Assembly: GCA_973895155.1 (NCBI GenBank)
Contig: OZ316894.1
Location: 4,674,944 to 4,738,943, forward strand
Reading direction: 5' to 3'
Source of the DNA: Marsupella aquatica
Lineage: Eukaryota; Plantae; Marchantiophyta
DNA: 64,000 bases
The notes under the pieces were generated by a model that did no database searches, was not told the origin of the DNA, and saw only the letters and a program-made list of their open reading frames with translations. The position numbers and the translations under genes were made by a program. Shown piece by piece: positions 1-11,390 of the stretch (positions within the stretch are counted from its first letter, which is position 1; each line of letters starts with the position of its first letter).

Positions 1-611
<611 letters not shown>

Positions 612-1921
612 TCAACAGACGCACAACAGACCTGCCATTAGAGATGCATCATGTTACAATATGATTGGAAGACAATTTTAGATGGTCAATTTCGAGAAAT
701 TGGAAGACTGAAACGAACAAATTAAATCCTCAGATGAAGTAGAAACGAATACAGTACTATAAGAAGATTGCACTTTCTCGTCACACACATTCATTTACTT
801 CTACTAGACTTACAAAACGAATGCGGCATATGAAATCTACGGTAAAGGTAACCTGCTCCATGACTGAGTACGTAGTTTGGAGTTGCCCCAATAAAAGATC
901 TGCACAAAGAATAATGTATCCTAGCTGCACTATTGAGGTCTTGAGAATTCATGAGCACCGAGAGCGAGGCAAACTACTGCTTCTTGGCAACTGTATGGAA
1001 GCCATCCGCGAAACCAATCAGTGGGAGAAATTCATCATCCATTTGAGAGGGCTAAAAACTTAACTTCACCGTGAAAATTCTGTTCACAACTCGTAAACAA
1101 AAGATCTATCGTGGAGGCAAACTTACTGCAGGACGACTTCTCAATTCTCGAAATTGAAGACCTTCAGGGAGATGCGTGTGTTGAGAGTGACAGATCAGGG
1201 ACACATCTAAGTCCCAATAACTTCCTCGGGAGACTTTTTGGGTGTGGTAGAAAAACAGTCATCTGAGAAGCCATCACTGGCTTCCCGGGATGGTGCCAAC
1301 CGAGCCACATCAGCAAAGTTTGTTCGCAGATCGACTTCTCTACCAATTTCAAGAATGGTGACTGGTCCAATTGTCCCAATTGAATGAGCTGCAGTATGAG
1401 GTTCCAGCACAGACGCTTGTAGTCTCACGAATCTGCCGTGTGTCACTTCTTTGTCTCAGCTCAGGATCATGTCATTAGAAAGTAGCAAAGAGTTATTAGG
1501 CGTGTATCATCTTTACCACCCTTCACATACTGGTACCGTGATGCCATGAAAATTAAGCTCGGATGGACTTGCTGGTTGAATGTGAAGCATTGATCGACCG
1601 GCAAAGATAAACTTCCACCAAAATTTATAAATGAGTAAAAAACAAACTACACTGAAAGGAAAGAAAAAGAGTTCCAACGAGTACTAACACCAAACCAGTA
1701 AAAAGAAAAACAACTGCAATACTAAAAAGAAGGAAGAAGATAAAGGGAAAAACTTCAAAAACATTTGTGAACTCAAGGACTACCGTAGTGTCCACATTGG
1801 AAATGTGGCAAGAGCTAATGGGTCATATCTAATGTACTAAGAAAATTATAAACAAGTGGGACAGGAATGTCTTTTAACTGGCTAGAGTAAGCCGAGGCAG
1901 GGTGGCATCCATTGTGAAGGA

Positions 1922-3606
1922 TCTACTACTATAATAACGAATCCCGCCAGTTTTAGTCCTTCGTCCCCGTTACAAACATGAAAAAGGAGGGAACAAAGCT
2001 AAGCCATCAGATATTTTCTTGAATTATTTATGGCTCTTGGATTGAGTGAGATGGGAACCTAAAATTGGCTGTAAGTTACAGTACAAGGTAGATATAATAT
2101 ATCATAGATTCATAGAGTACTTGCATGTGCTACTTTAGTTATTTTGTAGCTTGAGTATAATACTTTTTGGCATGGAGCATTAAAGTGTAAGTATATTATT
2201 TTATGGTCTATTAATTTAGAATACATTTGACATGGGGCATGAAAGTGAAAACTTCACTTGAGATAATGGTTTTGGTAGGGGCACTAAGGGGAAGAAAGTA
2301 GGTTGACATTATATTATTTTGGCTTTTGCTCTTAAAAAGGAGATTTAACTCTTTGGAAATTAGTTAATTTTTAGTTATCTTGCATGGACCCCAATTTCTA
2401 TTTTGCACAATGATATCTTTCACTCAACAAAAGTTTTTGTGTAATAATGTATTTTAACAATTATTATTTTTATTCAACGGTTATCTTTTGCACCACATAC
2501 GATCTATTTCTCAACAACATCTTTAACCAAACAACATCTATTATGCAACGCACTGGGATTGAAAGGATATCGAGAGAATGGTCATCTTTGCTAAACCCTA
2601 AAACACTAAATCTGAAACCGATAATATAACGTTGCTCCAATTTATAGTGGTCGACATTCAAATGCATGGGTATTTTGGGTAAAAAAACAAAACAAAGAAA
2701 AAGACTCACTCCTTTTTAGTTTCCTTGATTTTTTATTTCATAACATCTTTCAGAGAACGATAGCTTGGGTGAAATAACACCATTTTTCTTTTAACATCTT
2801 TTACTTCACGATATCTTTGGCAAAACGACACCCTTTTCTTAATAACATCTTTCACACAATGGCATGTTTGGCAAAACTACTTTTTCTTAAGACATCTTTT
2901 TACTTTGTGACATCTTTCACTTAACAACATCTTGGGCAACACGACATCTTATTTCTTAACAACATCTTTTGTGCAACGCACGGGTATTTTCCGTGAACGA
3001 TGTCTTGGGCGACATGACGTTTTTGTCTCAACATCTTCGCCAACATGACAATTTTTTCTCAATGACATCTTGGCCGACACAACGTCTTTTTTCTCAACGA
3101 CTTCTTGGCCGACATGACATTTTTTTGCTCAATGATCTCTTGGCCAACACGACATCTTTTTTTCTCAACGTCTTCTTGGCCGACACGACATTATTTGTTC
3201 TCAATGACCTCTTGGGCGACAAGACATCTTTTTTCTCCACGACCTCTTGGTTGACACTACATATTTTTTTTCAACGACCTCTTGGCCAATACAACATTTT
3301 TTTCTCAACGACATCTTGACCAACACAACTTCTTTTCTCTCAATGACCTCTTGGGCGACACTACATCTTTACTCTCAACGACCTCTTGGGCGACATGACA
3401 TCGTTTCTCTCAACGACCTCTTGGGCAACACGACATCTTTTCTCTCCACAACCTCTTGGGCAACACGACATCATTTCTCTCCACGACCTCCTAGGCAACA
3501 CTACATCTTTTTTCTCCACGACCTCTTGGCTGACACTACATCATTTTTCTCAATGACATCTTGGCCGACACGACTTCTTTTGTGCAACGCACAGGTATTG
3601 AGCTAG
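1922..3606 (+). mobile_element. Non-autonomous Helitron
   Basis: Starts A|TCTACTACTATAATAACG (1921/1922); ends with hairpin TGTGC-AAC-GCACA followed by GGTATTGAG-CTAG|T (3606/3607). This gives 5' TC, 3' CTRR, a subterminal hairpin, an A/T target and no TSD. No Rep/helicase ORF. Confidence 0.8.
2990..3580. repeat. ~35-bp minisatellite (about 16 copies) inside the Helitron; more degenerate copies extend back to ~2410
   Basis: Consensus approx CTCAACGACCTCTTGGGCAACACGACATCTTTTCT, itself a dimer of ACGAC(C/A)TCTT-containing half-units. Confidence 0.92.
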
Positions 3607-4773
3607 TAGACTATAAATGGCTCAAGCTTGGGCATGCTGTAAGATGGGATGATCTTTCACAGAAGGTCTAAAATAAGCATAGCATCTTATCAGTTTCAGT
3701 TAGTTTACCCCGTGAAGTGAAGCCAAGCTACTAGTGACCAAACTACTGAAAAATCACTGAATACCCCTATCTAGTGTGTGTGACCCTAATTATTAAGTAT
3801 GACTAAGTACCGTAAAGAGTGTACTTAAGGAGTTCCTTCTCACTAGAGCTAGAAAAACTGCTACTCATGCACAAGCTATTTGGGTATTCTTTCACAAAAG
3901 TGAAACATCTATTTTGAGTTGGTTTATATAATGTTTGATCATCTTTGCTTTCTTGGGAAATGGAATAAATGATCTCAGAAAAGTGTCACACCTTGTCAGG
4001 TAATAGATTGGAGATAATGAACATGCTAGCAAAATTTGGGGGTTGGTTTAGGGTCATCCCAGCCTATGGGCTGAAACCGCTCGTTTGGTCTAACGATCTT
4101 ATTGTTGTCCGGTGTAAATTGGCTGGTGACAATGCATTACGCAGTCCATGGAGGATGAGATGGAACAGCATCTTGGTCCCTTTTGGTTTGTGACTGCCAT
4201 CTCAATTGGGGCACAAAACAAATAATTACTAAAATTCTGGACCTGACCTCCCACCACACAACATGGTTGGTTTCAGTTAGTCTTGCCATTCATTAGGTGA
4301 TATCAAGTTCAAACCCAGGCTTCAGGCTCACATGGCAACTCTCCATGCAAACCTAAAGAGCATCCATACATGTTTTGCAGCCCAGAGCTGTCCTTGGTAG
4401 ATGGTTGCAGTTGATCAACCCAGCATAGTTTAGGAAGTTTGCAATTGCACCAGCACCTCTGAAAAGCCCTAAACTACATTTGAACACGAGGAAATGTTGC
4501 AACTGCATTCAGATGTGATCATGTGGTAGACTAAGGTCTAATAGCTAGTTTTTAAGTATATTGTCACTAAAGATGTTTAAATTTACAACATTGTCACTAT
4601 TCCTTGTTTTTGTATATAGTTCCCCTCATTGGTTATGTTGATGAACTTGTGGTCCATATAGTGAATCATGGCATATATATATATATATACAAATTTTTTT
4701 TGACAATATATCAATAACAACATCTTTAGTGATTCTAATTGGCTGATGACGTTAGGCAGTCCATGGGGATGAG

Positions 4774-4840
4774 AAAGGACTAAAATGTCATAATTTAATC
4801 TAAGAAAAAGGACTAAAATGTCATAATTTAATCTAAGAAA
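4774..4840. repeat. 33-bp perfect tandem duplication
   Basis: AAAGGACTAAAATGTCATAATTTAATCTAAGAA x2. Confidence 0.9.
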
Positions 4841-7234
4841 ATTATACAAAGAATATGACGAACATCTTCCCATTCACAGAGGTGACAGTAGCCCGAGCAT
4901 TAGCCACCTTGGCCAGAAAAAAACACCCTCGAAAGCAAGGCTTATGGGGACGACTGGGAAACCCTGTGGGACACAATCCTGGCGTGCTGAAGCCATCCCT
5001 AGACCATCATTATTTGCTTTATCGCTCCTTTATACTGATCCGGGGCTTGAGCCCGACCGAGCGGTTCGGCGCGTAGGCTGTCATGACCGTTCTGTCCCGA
5101 ACCGAAAACGCGGGAGGTACGGCGGGTGAGTGGACGGCGCAGCCCCCACTCCGAAGTCCTTCCATACCTGCAGTGAGAAAACAGATTCCAGATCGACGGT
5201 CCGGTCGTCCTCCGGCGTAAACTGCCCTCCAACGACTATCGATCCAACGGTTCTCATCGAAGGCGACGAGGCTGCCGTGGTGGCCAATACCGCGAACCTG
5301 TCCCGCAGTATCCTCAACGGTCCGGAGCAAGGTAAGGAGAGACGCTGCCTTGCCATCTACGTCCCAATCCATGCAGGGTTTACGGCCAAGATCCGGCTCG
5401 AGTGTAAATGCACCAGCTGGATCCGTCAGATCTAGAATCATCCATGCAGGGATGACGGCCTCGACTCGCCCCCGACGGTGACTGCACCAGCTGGATCCGT
5501 TAGATCTCGAAGCCATTCATTGCAACAATGAGGTGCATTGGTTGATTTCGTAATTGGTACGCACCTACGGTGGGGGCGGGAAGGGATCTTATAGGCTCGT
5601 GTGAGGGAGGGAGGAAGGGAGGGTTTCAGAATTTGGAAGTTTCAATGACTAAAATCCTTCAGTCACAAAGTGAATCCTTTTGGGGAAATTCGCTCTCCCT
5701 TCCTCGAACCTTACTTCTTCATATATTTGGGAGTATGGTCTCATTAATGCCAACTACCTCACCTTGGGATACAGGGAACAAGTTTAGGGTTTCACTACTC
5801 CTACTTCACCTCGTTCAGTCAAAGAGTAATTCTGAAAACTTCCAAGCCTAGTTGACAAATTCTAGGGGCCCTTGGAAAAAGAGAATCTATTTTAAACTTT
5901 TCTCCCAAAAATCCGGCCATATTGGTGTTTACTGATCGATTGCATGAAAATTATTGACTGGATGAACCTAAAAGAAGGAAACTGAGGGTTCAATTTGGCA
6001 AAACTAACTACTGGGGTGAGAGGGACTCCATTTCTTGACTAATTATTATTGGGGGTTAACGAGGCAATGTTACAGCAAAGAGTCCAGTTGGTAGCAACAA
6101 GAAATTTGAACTGTGATGTTCTTAACTGATGCTCCAGTAACTCAAATGTCAAATTTAGCTTCCCAATTTTGTTTGTTTTAGTGGACTGAGGAGTCCTCGT
6201 TGAATTGGAGAGGTGCTTAAGGCAATGTATTAGAGGGGCACTGTTCAGCTTGGCAAAGATCCCACCAGTGTGGCCTCACCTCTACTTACACTCATTAAAT
6301 GAGTAGTGTGTATGGCATTGCCAAACAAAGAACAAAAAGTGTCAAGCAAGGAAACAGGATCCCAAAGACAATTCAAGATCCAGTATAGGGAAGAAAAGAA
6401 AGAAAACTCCCAAGTTAACCAGAGAGTCCCCCACAATGGCAAAATAACTAAAGCCTTACTTAGTAATAAATTGAAAAGTTTGGTAAAGCTCAGGAGTAAA
6501 ACACATGGGAGGAATAAAACACATGGGAGGGTCACTAAGAGAAATGATTTGTCTAGAGGCCCCAAGAGATCCCCGCTGCCATCCACAACATTTGATCAGT
6601 GAGAGTGGGTGGGCAACATTACTGCGTGCCCAAACTCACAAGTATTGGCACACAGGAGACAACTTTTGGTGGGCTGGACTCCACAAGAGTTTTTGTTCTA
6701 AAGGGCTCGGTGGGGAGTTAAGTACTGGTTTCCCAAGCTGGTCACACTAAACTATAGTGTTCCCGGGCTAGGCAGCCCCCACTACCCAGGCATAAGAATG
6801 CTGCTTTTGTCCCCAAAGGAGAACCTGGTGGATCTAGGTTACCATAAGTATTCAATCATGTTCTGAAGAAGTAAAACAGTGCACTATTTTGTCCTCCCTG
6901 GTAGACAGTGTCAGTTGAAGACCTACCACTGTGGCGATGCCAGGCCTGTGACCAAACCTATGTGATCACAATTGGCTGATCAATACTAATAGCTGCAGAT
7001 CATGAATTTTTTTGGATAGGAAATCATAGAAATAACAGGGGCCTCCAAAAACGTTTACACGCCACTAACTTTTATTCTCTTCCATATTTAGGTTCAGCCA
7101 ATTGTCCAGCCTACGAGTACTTGAGGTGACGTTGCTCTTGCGAGTCAGATTACCCACCCAGCTGGGCTCGGCACAGGGGCCTGGGGGCGGGAAGGGAGTG
7201 GGAAGGAGAAGAAGGTTCCTGCGCTCCCTCCGCT

Positions 7235-7415
7235 TCCCCGCCTCCCTTCCTCCCTCCTCCGTCCCGCCCCCACCCCACCTCCCTCCCTCGTTCCATCCCG
7301 GCCCCACCCTACCTCCCTCCCTCGTTCCATCGCGGCCGCACCCCACCTCCCTCCCTCGTTCCACCCGGCCCCTACCCCACCTCCCTCCCTCCTTCCGTTC
7401 CGCCCCCACCCCAAT
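7235..7415. repeat. C-rich ~35-bp tandem repeat (about 5 copies) upstream of the RING gene
   Basis: Repeated CCCCACCTCCCTCCCTCGTTCCA(T/C)CCGGCCC; the minus strand has dense G3-G5 runs. Confidence 0.85.
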
Positions 7416-8616
7416 GTCCCTCGCGGCCCGGTCCTTCTCGATATAATTGCAATACCGTTCTGACTTCGACAAAAGCTGGTCGAAAACCGGAGCTGTCCTT
7501 CCGCGACTTTGCGCAGCCATCGAATCTCTCTCATCACATTGTGGGGTAGTCGGAGCGAAGACGCGATTTCTTTCGAGAGCAGGAGCAGAGGGAGCAGCAG
7601 CGGAAGGAGCAGATGTGGTTTCTGTTGTTGGATGTTGTTGGATGCTGTTGTGGCAGGGCCCATTCGCCGAGGGTGGTGGTGCTCCTGGTGGTGGTATAAG
7701 TAGAAGCAATCGGTCGCGCTGCACTGGTTGGGTTCGGAGCTTCGTCTGGACATATGAGAAATCGGTTTCCGAGTTTTAGGTCGAGTTTGGTTACTGGTTC
7801 TGTTCTGGTTCTGGTTCGTCGTTGTGTGTCGTCGGTCTTGTGCCATCGACCGCGATCTCTCGAGGAGGTTTGGAGGATTTGACGATGTGAGTTTTGCCAG
7901 CTTCGAGGAATTTGACGGATTTGTGCTGCTGCTGTTGTTGTTGTGGTCCAGACGAAGAGAGGGCTTGGCGGGGGAGTGAAGTTTTTGGGGTGAGGGACGT
8001 GGAGGTACAGGAGCTGTTAGGTTTTCTTGCCCCTGTCCGTAGCTTTTGTACCGCTGGTGCAGCTTGAAGTTTTGGGAAGAGATTTAGATTCTAGTTGTTG
8101 TCTCCTTCTCATGCGGTAAAGCACTTGCGTAGCGTGGTGGTATGCGAAAGACAACAGTGGGACGCTCTTGTCGTTTTTTGTTCGCTTCACGGAGCGCCTG
8201 ATCGGTTTACATGATCCCTTGAGACTCTCTTCGCCTCCTAATTCAAACATCGTCGTCACGGAATTCACGTGGTTGGCAGATTACTGTGTGACGCAATATC
8301 TCGTGCTTTCGGCATTTGTTTACGCTCCTGGAATTATTTAGTCCGCTTTCGTGACAATCAATCAAACAATTATTCAATCCGCTTTCGTGACAATCAATCA
8401 ATCAAGCGATACCAAGCTGAGGTAGTCTCTCATCGTAGGTAGCCGTTGGGGACTGTGTTGAACCGCACAAGCGGATACAGGGGCTCTGAGGGTGACCACC
8501 GGTTCGTGTCGCATTGGTGATTGGGTAGAGGAAATCGATCAATCAATTGGCAAGTATTTCGTGGAGCAGTAGTGAAGGATCCACTCACTGATCGTGAAAC
8601 GTCGTTGCCACAGAGC

Positions 8617-10132
8617 ATGACGAGGCAGGATTGGAGTCGGCAACCTGCAAGACGGGGAAGGGCAGCGGTGTTGGGGGGCACACGGTTGGTGCGGCAAGAG
8701 TCTCAGAAGAGTGCCTCCGTGACAGGCAGCAGCATGCCGCCAACCATCATTGTCGAGGATGATGACGACGACATTCATATTTCATCGCCTCGAAGTTTTG
8801 CCCAGGTTTGAACTCCTTATACGTTAACAGAAGACATGAGAACATCTGTTGCCTTTTCAAGCCCTGTGAGATTAATGGATACACAACATGAATGATGGCA
8901 GTCTTGTGGCGGTCTTCAGCAACCGTATGGTGTCTTACATGTCACACTGCATCGTCTAAACTTGCCCTAATAGTCTACCGCTGTTGCAAAATTTTCTCAT
9001 GGTTGTCAGTCGGGAATTCTGTGAGCAGTATTTGTGGTCGTCATCATCTCTGCTAGCTTGGATTCAATTCCTAATTCCAGTTCGTCCGGATGTGTAGGCG
9101 AGATCTGCAGTGAGTTCATCCCGTCAGCGAAATCGGACAACCGAGAACCGTGAGAACCGGGTAACCGCGACGGAGGACCTTTTAGAACTGCGTTTGGGTC
9201 CGACTGATTGTAAGTTACACCTCTCATTGCTGTACTTGTAAGTTCGTGCATTTTTTCCAATTCAGGCAGGATTCTGAAGGGCTGGGTGGATTTACTTTTG
9301 CGTGATCGTCTTTGATTTTGTAATGAAATTGCGAACATAGATTGTGGCCATGACCTCGTTTGTGTTTTCATCTTTGAGTGATTAGCGAATGTCTTTTCCA
9401 AGGTGTCCTCTGTTACGGTTGGTCATTGATTATTCCGAATCTTGGTACGAATTCTGCTTCGGCAGCTCTATGGTTCGCAATAGATGTCATAGACTGTATC
9501 TGCTGTAGCTTACCTGCTTGGGTGTTATCGCGTGGACAGATACCCAGACAGCATCTCTCAGGATACGGGTCCCTGGACGCCAAGCAGAAAATAATAAACC
9601 CCGTGCTCGAAGCGGAAGTTTCACGATTGACCTCACCTCTCCATCCCCTGTGATTGATAATGATTGTATACTGGTGAACGAATTTGTACAGGTGGGCATT
9701 TCTTGCCAGCTCAACTTTGATTCTGTCTGGTTTTCTTCAAATTGGTGCTGTTCAGTTTGCCACCTGATGTGATTCTTTGCACATGTTGAATAGTTACTAG
9801 CTGTAACAATGAATGAGGAAATTCTATGCGTACATCCTTTGGGCCTTGTTAGCTGAAAGATCTTGCTTTATATTTCGCAGAAGAAGCGGAAGCCTGCACA
9901 AGTAGCTTACGAGCCACCCCCTCCAGAGCCAGCAAAAGAGTTAAAGCTTACGTGCGCAATCTGTATGGATTCAATGAAGGAAGAGACTTCAACGATATGC
10001 GGTCACATCTTTTGTAGGAAGTGCATAATTGGAGCCATCGCAGTTCAAAAGAAGTGTCCTACATGTCGGCAAACTCTGACCAACAAGCAAACGCACCGGA
10101 TATATATATCTGCCAGCTTGAAAAACTCTTAG
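8617..10132 (+). CDS. RNF4-like SUMO-targeted RING-HC E3 ubiquitin ligase (STUbL); exons 8617-8805, 9098-9209, 9552-9691, 9881-10132
   Basis: GT-AG exons with consistent phase. SIM-like TIIVEDDDDDIHISSPRSFAQA, TIDLT and DCILV; C-terminal C3HC4 RING CAICMD...CGHIFCRKC...CPTCR followed by HRIY. Confidence 0.88.
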
Positions 10133-11189
10133 ATATGTGAATGTTCAACCCGCTTGAGGTTTGATCACTATCAGCTCCTGACAGAAAGGAATTATCCTCA
10201 TAATTTTGAGTAGATTTACTTGGTACTTCCCTGGTTCCGCGAACGCAAGCCAAATTGAAATTACGACAGCCATAAAGGATTGGTTGAATTGAACTTCAGG
10301 ATTGTACATTGAGCCGTCTGACAACCTGGGTTTTCTCATAGGCCAGGTCAATCTTCCGTTTTAATTGTGACACTACAAAGTGTCATATCTGTCGAGAAGG
10401 TGAATTTTGCGTATAACTTTCCTGGAGACCTGCCTTGGGTCCTCTTCTTGGAAGTAGTGCCAAGTTGTACATTACATTTTTGCAGGCCAATTGCCAGAAG
10501 GCATTCTCCTTCTCCACAACTCATGTTACTTTCCTGGTTCTGTCTTTTGGACTAGGGTGACTGTTCAGTATCCATCATTCAAGTAATCAGAGAGGATGCC
10601 CTACGGAATGTATCTTGCACAGTTGGAACTGAGAAAGGGCAAGTGTAAGTGGATCTCTTTGGAGTTCAATTTGTCCACTTGTTCCCTCATTGATTGCATG
10701 ATTTGTCACCAGAGGAGATGAAGTCCTTTAGAACTTTAATTTCGCTCTAAACTGCTGCGACCATTGGATGTACCTTCCCCTCCGTCCAAGGGAATTCAGT
10801 AAGTCGATGTTTTGAAAGTTGCCTTTACGGACTTCACTGGCCCAGTTGGCATGTACGCAGCTGTCTGTAATAGCAGGCAAGACCTGTCGGAATAAATTTG
10901 TAGTGTCCTGTTCCTTGTTGTTTTACTCCGAGAAATGAAATTCTCGCTGCACTTCCATGCAGAACTCACATGTATCATGATGGACAGTTGCGCTTAAGGC
11001 TCCGGACGGATTCGCTACCCAGTGAGCACGGAGCAGTGAGCCATGATGTGCTAGGGGAGTTGCTCCTTCCCAATCCTGTCATAACTTAGAGAACTTGAAC
11101 AAACTTCAAGATGATGGGACTTGTCGATGTGGATACTGCTGTATGAGTGGCCCGAGAGGTCCCAATTTGTGGAATGGAACCTTCCTCAC

Positions 11190-11390
11190 TTGAAAGGACG
11201 AATTGAAAATGGTGGCGATGGACAACTGATGGCAATTAACGGTCGATGGCTGCCATAGAACACAGGTTTGTGCCTGAGCTTGTCATTTTGAAGGACGAGT
11301 TGAAAGTAGTGGCGATGGACAACTAGTGGCAATTAATGGTGGATGGCTGCCATAGACCACGGTGGTGCCTGAGCTTGTCATTTTTAAGGA
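11190..11390. repeat. ~98-bp imperfect tandem duplication
   Basis: GAAGGACGA(A/G)TTGAAA...GGCGATGGACAACT...GGCTGCCATAGA...GTGCCTGAGCTTGTCATTTT x2. Confidence 0.85.

Noticed and set aside
2969-3606. ORFs of 116 and 119 aa, and a CRISPR-like look, in the satellite
   Set aside because: They are translations of a tandem repeat; there are no unique spacers or cas genes, and the context is eukaryotic.
7065-7846. 219- and 233-aa minus-strand ORFs
   Set aside because: GC-rich low-complexity promoter/leader sequence depleted of stops; no domain.
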